Shown here piece by piece: positions 31,696 to 43,974 of a stretch of 64,000 bases of DNA. The notes under the pieces are model-generated. The model saw nothing but the letters and a program-made list of their open reading frames with translations. It was not told the origin of the DNA and did no database searches. How positions within the stretch are numbered: position 1 is the stretch's first letter; the number at the start of each line of letters is the position of its first letter. The stretch spans positions 3,072,001 through 3,136,000 of the forward strand of contig OY843592.1 of assembly GCA_963692865.2 (NCBI GenBank), given 5' to 3'. This DNA is from a bacterium. GTDB lineage: Bacteria; UBA8248. The position numbers and the translations under genes were made by a program.

Positions 31696-32403
31696 TTAGC
31701 AAACAATTCCCGAATACCCATATAATCGGCGGCGAATTATAAAGAGTTCGACCTCGCGTGGCAATAAATGCCCTATGGAGGAAGACTCTTTTATGCGCTG
31801 CCTAATCCGGGTTGATGAAATGTCAACTTCAGTGATCGGAATAAATTTTATGACCCGTTTTTTGTCCATAAATTTAACTTCTTTTAATGACTCGTCTATG
31901 CAATAACCTGGTTCAATTGCTTGAATCACTCTGAGAAGTGTTTCGACATAATCTCGGGTATTTTGATTTCCCCGCAAAGTAACAGCAAAATTGATAGCGC
32001 TTAACACCTCTTTTGGCTTATGCCATGTGCTCAACTCAACAAACGCATCCGCACCGATAATGAAAAACATTTCGCTTCCAGGAGATGTCTTTCTCGTTAG
32101 TTCCTCCAAAGTATCAAGCGTATATGATGCCCCTCCTCGCTCTACTTCGACGGGATCACATACATACGCGGGATAATCCTCCAAGGCAATCCGAACCATT
32201 TCCAGCCTGTCTGCCGCCGAGGCGACTTCATCTCTCGGCTTATGAGGCGGTAAGGCAGACGGAACAAACCTGATTTCGTCAAGCAGCAGCGTTTGATGCA
32301 CTTCTTCGGCGGACCGCAGGTGCCCAAAGTGAATCGGGTTAAATGTCCCGCCTAGAATCCCGGTGCGCAATCGCTCTCCTTGATTGTTCCTATTCTTCCT
32401 CAA
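31696..32403 (-). CDS. nadD: Nicotinate-nucleotide adenylyltransferase
   Basis: GILGGTFNPIHFGH, PPHK, SYTLDTL, IIGADAF, ISSTRIR. Confidence 0.95.
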   Translation of the reverse strand: MRKNRNNQGERLRTGILGGTFNPIHFGHLRSAEEVHQTLLLDEIRFVPSALPPHKPRDEVASAADRLEMVRIALEDYPAYVCDPVEVERGGASYTLDTLEELTRKTSPGSEMFFIIGADAFVELSTWHKPKEVLSAINFAVTLRGNQNTRDYVETLLRVIQAIEPGYCIDESLKEVKFMDKKRVIKFIPITEVDISSTRIRQRIKESSSIGHLLPREVELFIIRRRLYGYSGIVC

Positions 32404-33540
32404 TCAGGACAAAATTGTTCCGGTGAATGATTTCATCGTAGTCCTTACTTCCGAGAATAGAGGCGATTTCTCTAGTTTGTTTCCCGACGATGCGGGCGGC
32501 ATCATCGCTTGAATAATTCGCCAAGCCGCGTCCAAATGCCACTCCCCGAGTGTCTCGTATCTCCACCACATCACCAAAACGGAAATCCCCCCCAACTGAT
32601 ACGACACCACTCGGTAAGAGGCTTTTCCCTCTATTCAACATGGCGTTTACGGCGCCGTCATCCAATTTGAGCCACCCGCGGGGTTTGGCCGTGGTTCCTA
32701 TCCAACCCTTTTTCCCCTTTAAGCGTGCGCCATTCGGCACAAAAAGCGTCCCCAACGGTTCACCCATCACTACACGATCGATGATATCGGGATCCCGCCC
32801 TTTTACAATGAGGGTGCTAATACCCACTTTATTGAGAATATTTACGGCCTCAACCTTCGTGCGCATTCCCCCGTGAGCCAGTGGGTTCGGGCTGGCACCT
32901 GCGACCGAGGCGATTTCTCTCGGCAGGCCCTCGACACGGGGGATCAAACGCGCTGTTTTCGACCGCCTGGGGTCCTCATCATACAAACCCGCTACATCCG
33001 ACAAGATAATGACAAGACCTGCTTGAACCATTTGAGCTGTTTGGGCAGCTAGTGTGTCGTTGTCTCCAAAACGGATTTCTTCAATGGAAACCGTATCGTT
33101 TTCATTCACAATTGGAAGCACGCCTTTGCCAATCAATGCCTCAAAGGTATTACAAGCGTTCAGGAATCGGCTTCTTTCATCTAAATCTGAATGGATGAGC
33201 AAAACCTGCGCCGTCTCGATGCCCTTCTGCCTAAATGCGCGGCCATATGCTTCCATCAAGATGGGCTGGCCAACGGCAGCGGCGGCTTGGCGCTCGGGAA
33301 CCGCTTTTGGAATTTCTTTAAGACCCAGCCTTTTCACACCGGCCGCAATCGCTCCAGATGAAACCATAACGACTTGCCTGCCATTTTCTCTAAGCTTCGC
33401 AACTTGGGAGGCAATGCGCCCCAAAACCCTACGGTTCAGACCCAGTTCGTCAGATGCCGTCAAAACTGAACTTCCCACTTTGACCACAATGCGTCGGCTC
33501 TTGAGTGCAGGATCATCTCTTCTAATCATCGTCTCACCCA

Positions 33541-33541
<1 letters not shown>
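32390..33541 (-). CDS. proB: Glutamate 5-kinase with PUA domain
   Basis: VVKVGSS, VSSGAI, AAVGQ, NENDTV, FGDND, GGMRTK. Confidence 0.96.
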
Positions 33542-34602
<1,061 letters not shown>

Positions 34603-34609
34603 TTAAAGG

Positions 34610-34867
34610 CTACTCCACCGGAATGACACTGATGATTCGGCGGCCCTTGGCTTTGCGCTCGAATTTCAATTTTCCGCTTGCCTTGGCGAAAAGGGTATGG
34701 TCATTGCCCAAACCGACATTTTCCCCCGGATGAAAAACGGTGCCGCGTTGCCTGACGAGGATGGTTCCCACATTCACGCTTTCCCCCGCAAAACGCTTAA
34801 CGCCCAAGCGGCGTCCGGCGCTATCTCGTCCATTGGATGAACTTCCACCAGCTTTTTTATGAGCCAT
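34610..34867 (-). CDS. rpmA: 50S ribosomal protein L27
   Basis: [26 protein letters not shown]. Confidence 0.98.
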   Translation of the reverse strand: MAHKKAGGSSSNGRDSAGRRLGVKRFAGESVNVGTILVRQRGTVFHPGENVGLGNDHTLFAKASGKLKFERKAKGRRIISVIPVE

Positions 34868-34879
34868 TTTCTAGTCCCT

Positions 34880-35197
34880 TCATCCTGATGTGAAGATGTC
34901 TGTCACTTCTATTTGAGTATAAGGCTGCCTGTGCCCTCGTTTGGTGCGGACTTTCTTACGGCGCTTGAAGCGAAAAGCGATGACTTTTTTTCCACGTCCA
35001 TGGTCACGAATCACCGCTCTCACTTTGGCTTTACGAAGCGCCTCTTTCTCAGTGACAACTTCTTCCCCATCCACGATAAGTCGAACATCTTCAAACTCAA
35101 CACTTTCTCCAACATTACCGGTCAAGCGCTCGACCAAGATTTGGTCCCCCGTTTCAATCCGCATCTGCTTACCACCGGTCTCTACTACTGCATACAT
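34880..35197 (-). CDS. rplU: 50S ribosomal protein L21
   Basis: MYAVVETGGKQ...GHRQPYT. Confidence 0.98.
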   Translation of the reverse strand: MYAVVETGGKQMRIETGDQILVERLTGNVGESVEFEDVRLIVDGEEVVTEKEALRKAKVRAVIRDHGRGKKVIAFRFKRRKKVRTKRGHRQPYTQIEVTDIFTSG

Positions 35198-35349
35198 TCA
35201 ACAAATCTCCCTGATGCCCCAAATTATGCTTTGGTCTTAAAAATCAACCATTTCCCTAACTTTCGGTCGTAACGAAGAGGATATCTATCAATCCAGCCCC
35301 AAAAAGTCAATTCAAGGTCATACAAACCAATCGCCTTTTTTCGTTGCTC

Positions 35350-35748
35350 TTATTTTCTTTTCTTCTTGATTAAGCTGAAAGTCACGCGTTCGGTCCGATA
35401 CGATACGGTACGTCTTACGGGCAAATATCCCTTTTTCTGCACCGATACGGTAAAACCCTTAAAGACATCTTTCATGCCCACCTTGAATTTCAGGCGCAAA
35501 GGTGTTTTGCCTTGGTAAATGTCATTGATGAAAACATCGGCCTGTGGCGGATTCGACACAACGATCAGTTGACGATCCTTGAAGCCTTTAACCGGATTTT
35601 CAACATTTCTCTCCCACCATTTATCCATTTGCTTTCTGGTTTTGGCGCATCCCGACAGAGCCGGAAGAAGCAAGAGGAGAATGCCAAACCCCAGAAAAAG
35701 CCGGACTAACAATTTATTTCGGTTTTGTTCGTTCGATTTTCGAGACAT
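35350..35748 (-). CDS. PEGA-domain lipoprotein
   Basis: LSG-C lipobox; VVSNPPQADVFINDIYQGKTPL and KKGY are PEGA signatures. Confidence 0.75.
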   Translation of the reverse strand: MSRKSNEQNRNKLLVRLFLGFGILLLLLPALSGCAKTRKQMDKWWERNVENPVKGFKDRQLIVVSNPPQADVFINDIYQGKTPLRLKFKVGMKDVFKGFTVSVQKKGYLPVRRTVSYRTERVTFSLIKKKRK

Positions 35749-35887
35749 CACGAAACCTTCAGGAAATCGGTCGTTCCCAATACTCCGCATAAGCACCGGT
35801 CATGTTAGTTTACCTGAAAATATACATCGGAAAAACTCTTCATTTTGACAATGATTCCGGCTTTATGGCAGCCGCCTTCCGCGATGG

Positions 35888-36802
35888 TCAATCGCCCACC
35901 TTCTGCCCAGACCATTCTTCAAACATTTGCAACAGTTCCGTCTGGTCCGAATCAGGGCCAAATTTTTGCACACCCAGACCGTAGATCTGACGGGCATGAT
36001 TCAAATAAAACGCCGCCACTCCATTTTCGCGCGCCAAATCGCTCCCCATCGAAAGGTCCTTGTGCATCAACCCGGTGGAAAACCCACAAGTAAAATCTCG
36101 CGGCAGGAGAAAGCGAGGCCATTTATCTCTTGTGGCGCTATTCATGCCCGAACCGCCATTGAATACTTGAAGCGCCTTTTCGGGGTCAAGACCCAACTTC
36201 GTCGCCAAAACCATGGCCTCCATCGATGAGAGCAGGCTCGTGGCGGAGAGAAAATTATTCACGCATTTCATCACATGCCCGGATTCCGGCGCTTCATCGA
36301 TATGAACGATGGTCTTGCCCAATGTTTCGAAAATCGGCATCGCCGCATCCACAATTCCTTTGGGTCCACCCGGCATAATCGCCAGAGTCGCGGCTTCCGC
36401 TCCTACGACGCCGCCCGAGACCGGCGCGCCGATAAGGCGCAGGCCCTTTTCTTCCACCCGCGAGGCAAGGGTTCGCGTCCTCGTGGGATAGGAAGAACTC
36501 ATATCGATTATCAATTTCCCCTTATCCAGGTGCGTGGATATTCCATCCGGCCCATCGACCACTTTATCCACGACATTGCTATCGGGCAACATCGTGATGA
36601 CGACATCGACGCGCCTCGCCAGATCGGACAAACTATCAGCCCCTTGCACACCATCGTCTCTTAATGCCTCGACATTGTCCGGTCTCGTGTCATAGGCCAC
36701 GACCGCGTAATCGCCACGCCTCAGATTTTTTGACATGGGGGTGCCCATTTTTCCTATACCGACGAAACCGATTTTTACGCTGCCTGGCTCTAGGGTTTTC
36801 AT
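35888..36802 (-). CDS. NAD(P)-dependent beta-hydroxyacid dehydrogenase (3-hydroxyisobutyrate dehydrogenase family)
   Basis: GFVGIGKMG, IDMSS, APVSGG, KCVNN, KDL. Confidence 0.9.
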   Translation of the reverse strand: MKTLEPGSVKIGFVGIGKMGTPMSKNLRRGDYAVVAYDTRPDNVEALRDDGVQGADSLSDLARRVDVVITMLPDSNVVDKVVDGPDGISTHLDKGKLIIDMSSSYPTRTRTLASRVEEKGLRLIGAPVSGGVVGAEAATLAIMPGGPKGIVDAAMPIFETLGKTIVHIDEAPESGHVMKCVNNFLSATSLLSSMEAMVLATKLGLDPEKALQVFNGGSGMNSATRDKWPRFLLPRDFTCGFSTGLMHKDLSMGSDLARENGVAAFYLNHARQIYGLGVQKFGPDSDQTELLQMFEEWSGQKVGD

Positions 36803-36978
36803 AATTTCCTCGCTATCTGAAAACTGGTTGTAGAAGACGCCATCAATTGTTTAGGTGTTTTTGATTCGCCCGAAGGTTTTTGTCAATCCCCAACCGGAGT
36901 GGTAAGCTTCTTCATGCTTTTAAGCTTCTCTCATCAGCCCGCCCTTGATTTTCCATATGCCGTTCAAGGAGATCCGAA

Positions 36979-37704
36979 ATGGCGCCGATTTCGGCGGATG
37001 ATGTTGTATGTTATCTGGAAGAGAATCCTGGTTTCTTCATCGAACATCCGGACTCGCTTCGTCAAAGCGGCCTGCTGACGCAAGACAGCCCTTCGGCAAA
37101 GGTGCTCAACTTGCGAGACAAGCTTTTCGACCGCCTGAAAGGCGAGAGAGAAGATTTGATAAGGCTCCTCGATGAGACGATAGAAATCGTTCGCCAGAAT
37201 GAACAGATCGAAAAAGACTTCATCGCCATTGAACAACTGCTCTTTGAGCAGCCGCCCTCGTTTGCGAGCCTTTCGGAAATCGTGAAAAACATCGAATCGC
37301 GCTTTGGCATAGAATACGCGGGTTTCTTGCTTCTGGAGCCCACCGACGGCATTCCGGTGATCGCCGCGAAACCGGACGAATCATCCCGCATTCGCCCACT
37401 CGGCAAAATAGAAGAAGAACTCGTTCCCATGGAGGGGGGAGTCGAGCTCAAAGGCAAACTGGAAGGAGGCGGAGGCCCGTTGTTTCCAGATACGTTGAAC
37501 CAGAAAATACAATCAACCGCTATTGTTCCTTTAGAAATCCATGAGAAAAAAATCGGCTTCCTCATATTGGGTTCGAAAGACCCCGAACGATATCAGGAAG
37601 GGATGGCGACCCACCTCCTCAGACGCCTCGCCATGCGTTTGGCCCTGGGGATTTCCATTTTCCAGCGATTCAACAACGGAAAAACGGCCAAAACGAACCC
37701 CTGA
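36979..37704 (+). CDS. DUF484 (YigA-like) GAF protein
   Basis: VVCYLEENPGFFIEHP and C-terminal LILGSKDPERYQEGMATHLL. Confidence 0.8.
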   Translation: MAPISADDVVCYLEENPGFFIEHPDSLRQSGLLTQDSPSAKVLNLRDKLFDRLKGEREDLIRLLDETIEIVRQNEQIEKDFIAIEQLLFEQPPSFASLSEIVKNIESRFGIEYAGFLLLEPTDGIPVIAAKPDESSRIRPLGKIEEELVPMEGGVELKGKLEGGGGPLFPDTLNQKIQSTAIVPLEIHEKKIGFLILGSKDPERYQEGMATHLLRRLAMRLALGISIFQRFNNGKTAKTNP

Positions 37705-37751
37705 AGCCGAGCATCACATCGCCATGAGCCTTCCCGGCCTCCGGTGGCTCT

Positions 37752-39143
37752 TCAAGCCGGAACACGCTCCGCCTTGGAGACAAGCTCCATCACCTCGGTG
37801 ATGCTGTTGAGATTTTCCAGATTCCTCACCCGCTCGATGAGCAACGCGCCCGTTTCCTTTTCGAGCGCAGGGGCCGTCATCACGTGGAATCGTTCGATTA
37901 ACTCATCCCAGGTCAACGGATTGCGCGAATCCCCCTTGGGATAATCCTGATGCGCCTCGAAAACGCCTCGATCCGTCTCGATCTCGACATGCGCCTGCCA
38001 TTTATCCGGAAATTCCTTTTCCATTTCGGCGTCGCCGCAGCATTCGATCTTCTTGATGATTGAAGAGTAAACCTGGGAGCGGAGGAAATCGTCGGCATAC
38101 TCGTCAAGCCCCGCGGCGCGCCTGAGTATCGCCACCGCCACGGCGTATTGGAGGCTGAACTGCGCGTCAACGATGTTTTGCGGATTCGTTTTCATGTCAT
38201 AGGGCTCGATGACCACCATCACGCTCGTCTCGGGGACCCGGACTTTCACCCGCCTGATTTCCTCGGGCCGTATGTCATGCGCTTTGCAAACTTCGATCGT
38301 GGCGTCAATCGAAGCATGGTTATAGCGGCAACATGCGTAGGGCTTTATGGCGCTCTCGCAGATTTCCCAATACTCGCCGAAGCGCTCGACCACGTACTCG
38401 GGCGTATAATCATCGCTATGGCCGTGCAAAAATCCCGTTTTCCCGCCCAGAATATCTTCCGGCCCCGTATAGCCTTCCTGCGCCAGATAGGCGGCGATGA
38501 TGCCGCTGTGCGCAGCCCACCCCGGGTGGAACCTCTTCGTCCAGGCCCCGTTGTCGAGGTATTGCATCGAACCCGCCGCCTGGCTGCCCGCGATGCCCAT
38601 CGCATTGGCGGTGGCCTCGACGGACAGCCCCAACAGCTTCGCTGCCGTGATCGCGGAAGCGAATGTGCCGCACGTGCCCGTAGGATGGAATCCGCGCTCG
38701 TAGTGGCTCGTCGGGTTCACGGCGTTTCCGATGCGATTGGTGACCTCGTAACCCGCCACGATGGCGGCGATGACCCGTTTCGGATCGGGTTGATGCGCCT
38801 CGGCGACCGCCAACGTGCTGGGCATGACGCTGACCGCGGGATGCAGGCTCGAGCGCGTGGTCACGTCATCCATTTCCGTGGCGTGGCTCACGCCGCCGTT
38901 CACCAGCGCGGCATGGGGGGCATCGGTTTTCAAATCCGAGCCGACGATGGTGCACGGCCCGCCGCCGGGCGCGCGCTTTCGGGCGAAATTGTGAAATACC
39001 CGGGAACTGGCCGCTTCCACCGCTCTCAAGGTAACGCCGAAGTGATCGAGCAGAAAATACTTCGCGCGCTCCCTGGCCTCCTCGGGCAGAGATTCGTATG
39101 TAACTGCGTGAACGTGCTCCACAAGCATCCGGCTGATATTCAT
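37752..39143 (-). CDS. MmgE/PrpD family protein
   Basis: AALVNG..SHATEMDD, LHP, GFHPTG, KRFHPG, KPYACCRY.H, AQFS. Confidence 0.92.
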   Translation of the reverse strand: MNISRMLVEHVHAVTYESLPEEARERAKYFLLDHFGVTLRAVEAASSRVFHNFARKRAPGGGPCTIVGSDLKTDAPHAALVNGGVSHATEMDDVTTRSSLHPAVSVMPSTLAVAEAHQPDPKRVIAAIVAGYEVTNRIGNAVNPTSHYERGFHPTGTCGTFASAITAAKLLGLSVEATANAMGIAGSQAAGSMQYLDNGAWTKRFHPGWAAHSGIIAAYLAQEGYTGPEDILGGKTGFLHGHSDDYTPEYVVERFGEYWEICESAIKPYACCRYNHASIDATIEVCKAHDIRPEEIRRVKVRVPETSVMVVIEPYDMKTNPQNIVDAQFSLQYAVAVAILRRAAGLDEYADDFLRSQVYSSIIKKIECCGDAEMEKEFPDKWQAHVEIETDRGVFEAHQDYPKGDSRNPLTWDELIERFHVMTAPALEKETGALLIERVRNLENLNSITEVMELVSKAERVPA

Positions 39144-39369
39144 TCGAACTTCTCCTTCACTGAACCAGGCGTGTGATTCTTGGGTTTGCGCCTGCGCAGG
39201 CATTCTCCACAACCCGGGAAATCATCGTAGAACTCGCATATATCTCCTCCCGGCGCAAGGGCGGACGAGCCGCGCAAAGCCCCCGGGAGGCGGATGGGTT
39301 TGTCATAACGCACCCTTGCGGATAGAATTCGACATCATTTTCGCGTCCTCCCCGTTTTGGAGACATGAA

Positions 39370-39714
39370 ATGCAATCCTGCATTTTCTGCAAAATCGTAG
39401 CGGGCGATATCCCCTGCAAGAAAGTGTATGAAGACGACGCGCTGTTCGCATTCGAAGACGTCAACCCGGCGGCGCCCACGCATATACTCATCATCCCGAA
39501 AAGGCACATGGAGACGCTCCACGAAATCCAGGACGCGGACAGGGAGCTGATCGGGTCGATATTCGTTGCGGCGAACGAGATCGCCCGCAGACGGGGAATC
39601 GCGCAAGAAGGTTTTCGGATCGTCGCGAATTGCGGAGAAAACGGAGGCCAGACCGTCTTTCACATCCACTTCCACCTCCTGGGCGGGCGCCGCATGGAAT
39701 GGCCGCCGGGCTAG
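39370..39714 (+). CDS. Histidine triad nucleotide-binding protein (HinT-like)
   Basis: CIFCKI, HILIIPK, GQTVFHIHFHLLGGR, WPPG. Confidence 0.95.
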   Translation: MQSCIFCKIVAGDIPCKKVYEDDALFAFEDVNPAAPTHILIIPKRHMETLHEIQDADRELIGSIFVAANEIARRRGIAQEGFRIVANCGENGGQTVFHIHFHLLGGRRMEWPPG

Positions 39715-39822
39715 CGGAGGAGCCTTCACGGCCCGCCCCCTGAATTGACCGATATCGAAGCATGGCCCCTCGTGTCCTGACCCCGCGCGGAGGCGGCTTA
39801 GGCGGGAAGGATTCGCCGCGCC

Positions 39823-40884
39823 CTAGGCCACCCAGCCCCCGCCGTAGAGCACTTCGCCGGAATAGAAAACCGCCGCCTGGCCCGGCGCCACGGCGCCCAG
39901 ACACGCGGGGTCATGGGGCCTGATTTCGACGATTCCCCCGCCTTTGAGAGCCACTTCGCAGGGCGCCGCGCGGCCCCGGTGCCTCACCTGCACTTCCAGT
40001 GCGGCGGATTCGGGGGGAATCGACCAGCGCACGTCCCTGGCGGAGAAAACCTCGCGCGCGAGGGCTTCGCGCCCGCCCACCACCACGGTGGCCGAATCCG
40101 CTTCGAGCTCCACCACGTAGCGCGGCGGGCCGCCGCCCAGGTCCAGACCCCGCCTCTGCCCCACGGTGAAGTTGGTCACCCCGCCGTGCCTGCCGAGCAC
40201 GTTCCCCGCGAGGTCCACGATGTCGCCCGGCCTGTCGATCCCCGGTTTCTCGCTCTTGAGAAAGGCGCGGTAGTCGTCTTTCGGAACGAAGCATATCTCC
40301 TGGCTCTCGGGCTTCTCCGCCGTGGCGAGGCCCAGTTTTCGGGCGTATTCCCGCGTTCGCTCCTTCGTGAACTCCCCCAGGGGGAACGCGGTCCGCGCGA
40401 GTTGTTCCTGCGTCATGCCGAAGAGGAAGTAGGTCTGGTCCTTCTCCGTATCGAGGCTCCGCGCGACGCTCAGGCGGCCGTTCACCTCCACCCTTCTGGC
40501 GTAATGGCCCGTGACGAGCAGTTCCGCCCCGAACGCCATCGCGCGCGCGGCGAGATAATCGAACTTCACCACCTGGTTGCACTTGACGCAGGGCACGGGC
40601 GTTCTGCCGCTCTCGTATTCGGAGACGAAGTCCTCGATCACGCTCTCCCTGAAGGATTCGCGCACGTCCATCACGTAGAAGGGAATGTCGAGCTGGGCCG
40701 CCACCGCGCGCGCGTCGGCCAGGTCGCGCGGCGCGCAGCAGCCCCTGTGGAAGGATTCCTGCGCGGGCCTGTCGGCGAGGCGCAGCCCCACGCCGATGGT
40801 CTCATGGCCGGCCTCCGCCATGAGGGCGGCGGCGGCCGAAGAGTCCACCCCGCCGCTCATCGCCACCACCACGCGCTTCGCCAT
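39823..40884 (-). CDS. mnmA: tRNA 2-thiouridine(34) synthase MnmA
   Basis: [49 protein letters not shown]. Confidence 0.96.
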   Translation of the reverse strand: MAKRVVVAMSGGVDSSAAAALMAEAGHETIGVGLRLADRPAQESFHRGCCAPRDLADARAVAAQLDIPFYVMDVRESFRESVIEDFVSEYESGRTPVPCVKCNQVVKFDYLAARAMAFGAELLVTGHYARRVEVNGRLSVARSLDTEKDQTYFLFGMTQEQLARTAFPLGEFTKERTREYARKLGLATAEKPESQEICFVPKDDYRAFLKSEKPGIDRPGDIVDLAGNVLGRHGGVTNFTVGQRRGLDLGGGPPRYVVELEADSATVVVGGREALAREVFSARDVRWSIPPESAALEVQVRHRGRAAPCEVALKGGGIVEIRPHDPACLGAVAPGQAAVFYSGEVLYGGGWVA

Positions 40885-40975
40885 CGCCGCCTCCGGGGTA
40901 CGCCGTCCATATCCGGGCCACGTTATACACCACCCGCGTCAGTCGAGGCCACAGGGCGTGGGGCCCCTTGGGAGG

Positions 40976-41170
40976 AAATGCGCGCGGATGCGGGCAAATG
41001 CGCGGGTCCGAAAAAAATTTTATTTCCTGTAAAATTCGATGAAATCGTCATGTTCCGTCTTATGGTTACGATATAAATCATTGAAATAGAAAAGATTTTC
41101 GTCTCCAATACCTTACCGTCCGTTTTCAGGAATTTATCCAAAAACCCCCTGAATTTATACAATTTTATCC
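40976..41170. repeat. Second copies of the motifs found at 19.1-19.3 kb
   Basis: 41131-41158 is the reverse complement of 19096-19123 (27/28); 40976-41008 is a direct match to 19228-19260 (29/33). Confidence 0.8.
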
Positions 41171-41199
41171 GAAATAGGATTATTTTCATTTTCGTTTGA

Positions 41200-41900
41200 C
41201 AGGGGGCTTTGGTTTTTCTTGCCCCCCTGACAAGGGGGGGTGCCTTCGATGAGGGGGTCGGGGGGTTCGCGCGGAAGCGGCCTGCCCGCTAAAGGCGATG
41301 CCCCCGACGAGGGAGTTTTCAACAACCCCGAAAAAGGTGTGTCGAACGCGACCGGAGAAGGAACGCTCGAAACCTTCACTCTCGCCCCGCCGCCTGCTTT
41401 CCATGAGAAAACCCCCTCTCCTTCCGGTCAATCCCGATTGATGAACGAGGGATTGCTCCAACCGGGAAGCGGAAAACCGCTCCCCCGCGCCGCGCGCACG
41501 ATACCGCAGCCCGCGCCTCGGGCGAGCACGGCAATTGCGGGGAAATGCGTGGCCGGGCGTGATTCGGGCATTTCCCGAAAAAAAGCGGTAAACCGCCGAC
41601 CGGACACAGACGAAACGCCGGGCGAATCGGGGGGTTTTCCTGAACAAAAGGCGAGGCTGGCCGGGACGCATCTATGGGGTTGCTGAAAAGTCCTGTTTGC
41701 GTGATTCGGCGCATGTAATCGACAGACGAGAGAGGAGATGCACTCCCCCCTTGAGGGTCGGTGCAGGGGCCGCATATCATGCGGCCCGGCTTTTTCGCCC
41801 TTCGGCGGCGGGCCGCATGATATGTCGGGCATATATGTCCGACCTGCAAAACCATCGCCCCCTTTTGCCCATGCTCGTCATTCCGGCGCACGCCGGAATC
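41200..41900. repeat. Mosaic REP/MITE array
   Basis: TTTTCAACAACCCC, GGGGTTGCTGAAAAG, CACTCCCCCCTTGAGGG, GGGCCGCATATCATGCGGCCC and GTCATTCCGGCG..CGCCGGAATC units. Confidence 0.75.
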
Positions 41901-42225
41901 TGGAGCCGACGGGAGTGGCGACGCGGCGGCTGTTCATCCCCTTCTCATAATTGGAAACGAAGCAGAAAAACAAAGACGAAACCTTTTTGTCCATTCCCTT
42001 GAAATCCGGCAGATTCCTTACTAAACCGCTGCTCGGGGCCGGACTGAACGGCTGGCGGATCAGGGGAAAAACCGATATGCTTTTGACGTGGAACAGATGG
42101 CGTCCTTCTCTTTTTCAGACATGGACGTAGCTTAACGCCGCCTTCCCCCGGAACGGCAACGCGTTATGCTATTCAGGATTCGGTGCAGGTCGAAAAGTTG
42201 GGGCTCATCACAGTGAACGGAGGCG

Positions 42226-43347
42226 ATGATGTTCAAACGACTCTACATCGACAACTACAGGTGTCTGGTTAATTTTGACTTGCCTTTGCAGGAAATGACG
42301 TTACTCCTGGGACGTAATGGTACCGGGAAAACCTCTATCCTGGACGTCATGTACGCCCTGCGTGAGCTATTGAGCGGCAGGGTAAAAATTTCAGATCAAT
42401 TTATATTCCCATCACGCACCCTGACGGGATGGCAATCCAACAATTTTCAAACATTCGAAATCGAGGTGCAAATTCACGAGGATGTTTTGGTCTACAGGCT
42501 CGAAATCGACCAAGACGCCACTAACGATATATCCCGAATTTCCCGGGAAATTCTTTCTTCTAAAGATGGGCAACCGCTGTTCAAGTTCGAGCATGGCGAT
42601 GTGCATCTTTTTCGTGATGATCATTCGGAAGGTCCGACTTATAAGACGGATTGGACTGAATCTGCTTTGGCGCGCGTTGCTCCCGGCGATAGCAACTCAC
42701 GGCTCACCAGATTCCTTGAAACCATGCGCAATGTGATAATTTGTGGATTATATCCGGCAAATTTCGAACCCGAATACACTCGCCACGAGCTGATGTTGGC
42801 GAGAAACGCGCAAAATTTTAGTTCTTGGTATCAACATCTTCAGTTGGAACAGCCCGGAAAAGTCGAGATATTCAGAAATACCCTCAGGTCTATAATCGAC
42901 GGTTTTGATGGAATAAGATTAGAGAAAGTCGGTATCAGTTCCCGTGCTTTTATGATGGACTTTAGAGAAAATGGGAGAGAATACAGTCTCGCTTTGGATG
43001 AAATTTCTGATGGGCAACGGGCATTAACGGCTCTATATGCGCTCGTTCATTTATCCTCTGGATTAGGATACATTCTTTTTCTGGACGAACCGGAAAATTA
43101 TCTGGCGTTAGCGGAGATTCAACCTTGGCTGATGGAGCTGTCTGAACATTGTGGTGAAGAAATACCGCAGGCCGTGCTTTGCTCTCATCATCCCGAATTG
43201 ATCGATTATCTAGGATATTCACATGGCGTTTCGCTTTCTCGGGAGAGGTCCGGAGCAGCGAAGTGGATGGATATCTCCGAATACGAATCACCTGCGGCGG
43301 AGGGGCTCAAATTGTCAGAGATTATTGCCAGAGGATGGGAAAGTTGA
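42226..43347 (+). CDS. AAA_21/ABC-type ATPase (predicted defence ATPase)
   Basis: IDNYRCL, Walker A GRNGTGKT, signature ISDGQR, Walker B LFLDEPEN, SHHP; lower GC than its flanks. Confidence 0.88.
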   Translation: MMFKRLYIDNYRCLVNFDLPLQEMTLLLGRNGTGKTSILDVMYALRELLSGRVKISDQFIFPSRTLTGWQSNNFQTFEIEVQIHEDVLVYRLEIDQDATNDISRISREILSSKDGQPLFKFEHGDVHLFRDDHSEGPTYKTDWTESALARVAPGDSNSRLTRFLETMRNVIICGLYPANFEPEYTRHELMLARNAQNFSSWYQHLQLEQPGKVEIFRNTLRSIIDGFDGIRLEKVGISSRAFMMDFRENGREYSLALDEISDGQRALTALYALVHLSSGLGYILFLDEPENYLALAEIQPWLMELSEHCGEEIPQAVLCSHHPELIDYLGYSHGVSLSRERSGAAKWMDISEYESPAAEGLKLSEIIARGWES

Positions 43348-43886
43348 AGCGGCAAGCCGAACTTATCCTGCTCTGTGAAGATCAGCAACAAAAAACCTTC
43401 TTGACCCGTTTCTTCAAATCCATGGGATGGGAAAGCAGAAAACTCAGAGTCGAATCTTAGCCGCTTGGAAAGGGTTCCGCCGAGCAATTCGTACGTGAGA
43501 GATTCCCGGTGGAACTCAAAGCATACCGGCAGCGTAGAGATCACATTAATTGCAAGCTTGCCGTAATGCTCGATGGAGACAACCGCGGTCTTAATGTCAG
43601 GTTGAGAGGTCTCGAAAGCGCTTGCCGGCAGGTCTCGGTAGAGCCAAGAAAAAACGATGACCAAGTCGCCGTATTCGTTCCGACCTGGCGTATCGAGACG
43701 TGGTTCGCCTATCTCGACGGAGAAACGGTTGACGAAACAATACGCAATTATCCCCGCCTTGAGCGGCCTGGAGAATGTCAGCGCCATGTGGACGCTCTAA
43801 AGCAAATGTGCCTCGAAGGGCGTTTGCGTAACCCGTCCCCTCCATCTTTGGATGCTGCATGCCGGGAATATCGAACGCTCGGATAA
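43344..43886 (+). pseudogene. DUF4276/TOPRIM-like ATPase partner interrupted by an in-frame TAG at 43458-43460
   Basis: TTG start overlaps the ATPase stop; MKRQAELILLCED..LRVES*PLGKGSAEQFVRERFPVELKAYR..VMLDGD..IETWF stays in one frame on both sides of the stop. Confidence 0.72.
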
Positions 43887-43974
43887 CGAGATTGAATTGC
43901 GCGAAAATTCCGTTTTTGTCCCTGCGCTTCGCTTCGAGGTTTTCTCATGTCTGGATCCGCGGCTCCGACCACGT

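Noticed and set aside
35782-35810. dif-like site ACTCCGCATAA-GCACCGG-TCATGTTAGTT in the low-GC block
   Set aside because: The spacer is 7 bp rather than 6 and the XerD arm has several mismatches to TTATGTTAAAT; too weak without skew data.
41186-42002. ORFs in the gap between mnmA and the ATPase
   Set aside because: They overlap repeat modules and show no protein-like motifs.
43458-43460. Pyrrolysine recoding of the TAG
   Set aside because: No pyl genes in the window and the protein is not a known Pyl family; a nonsense mutation is more parsimonious.
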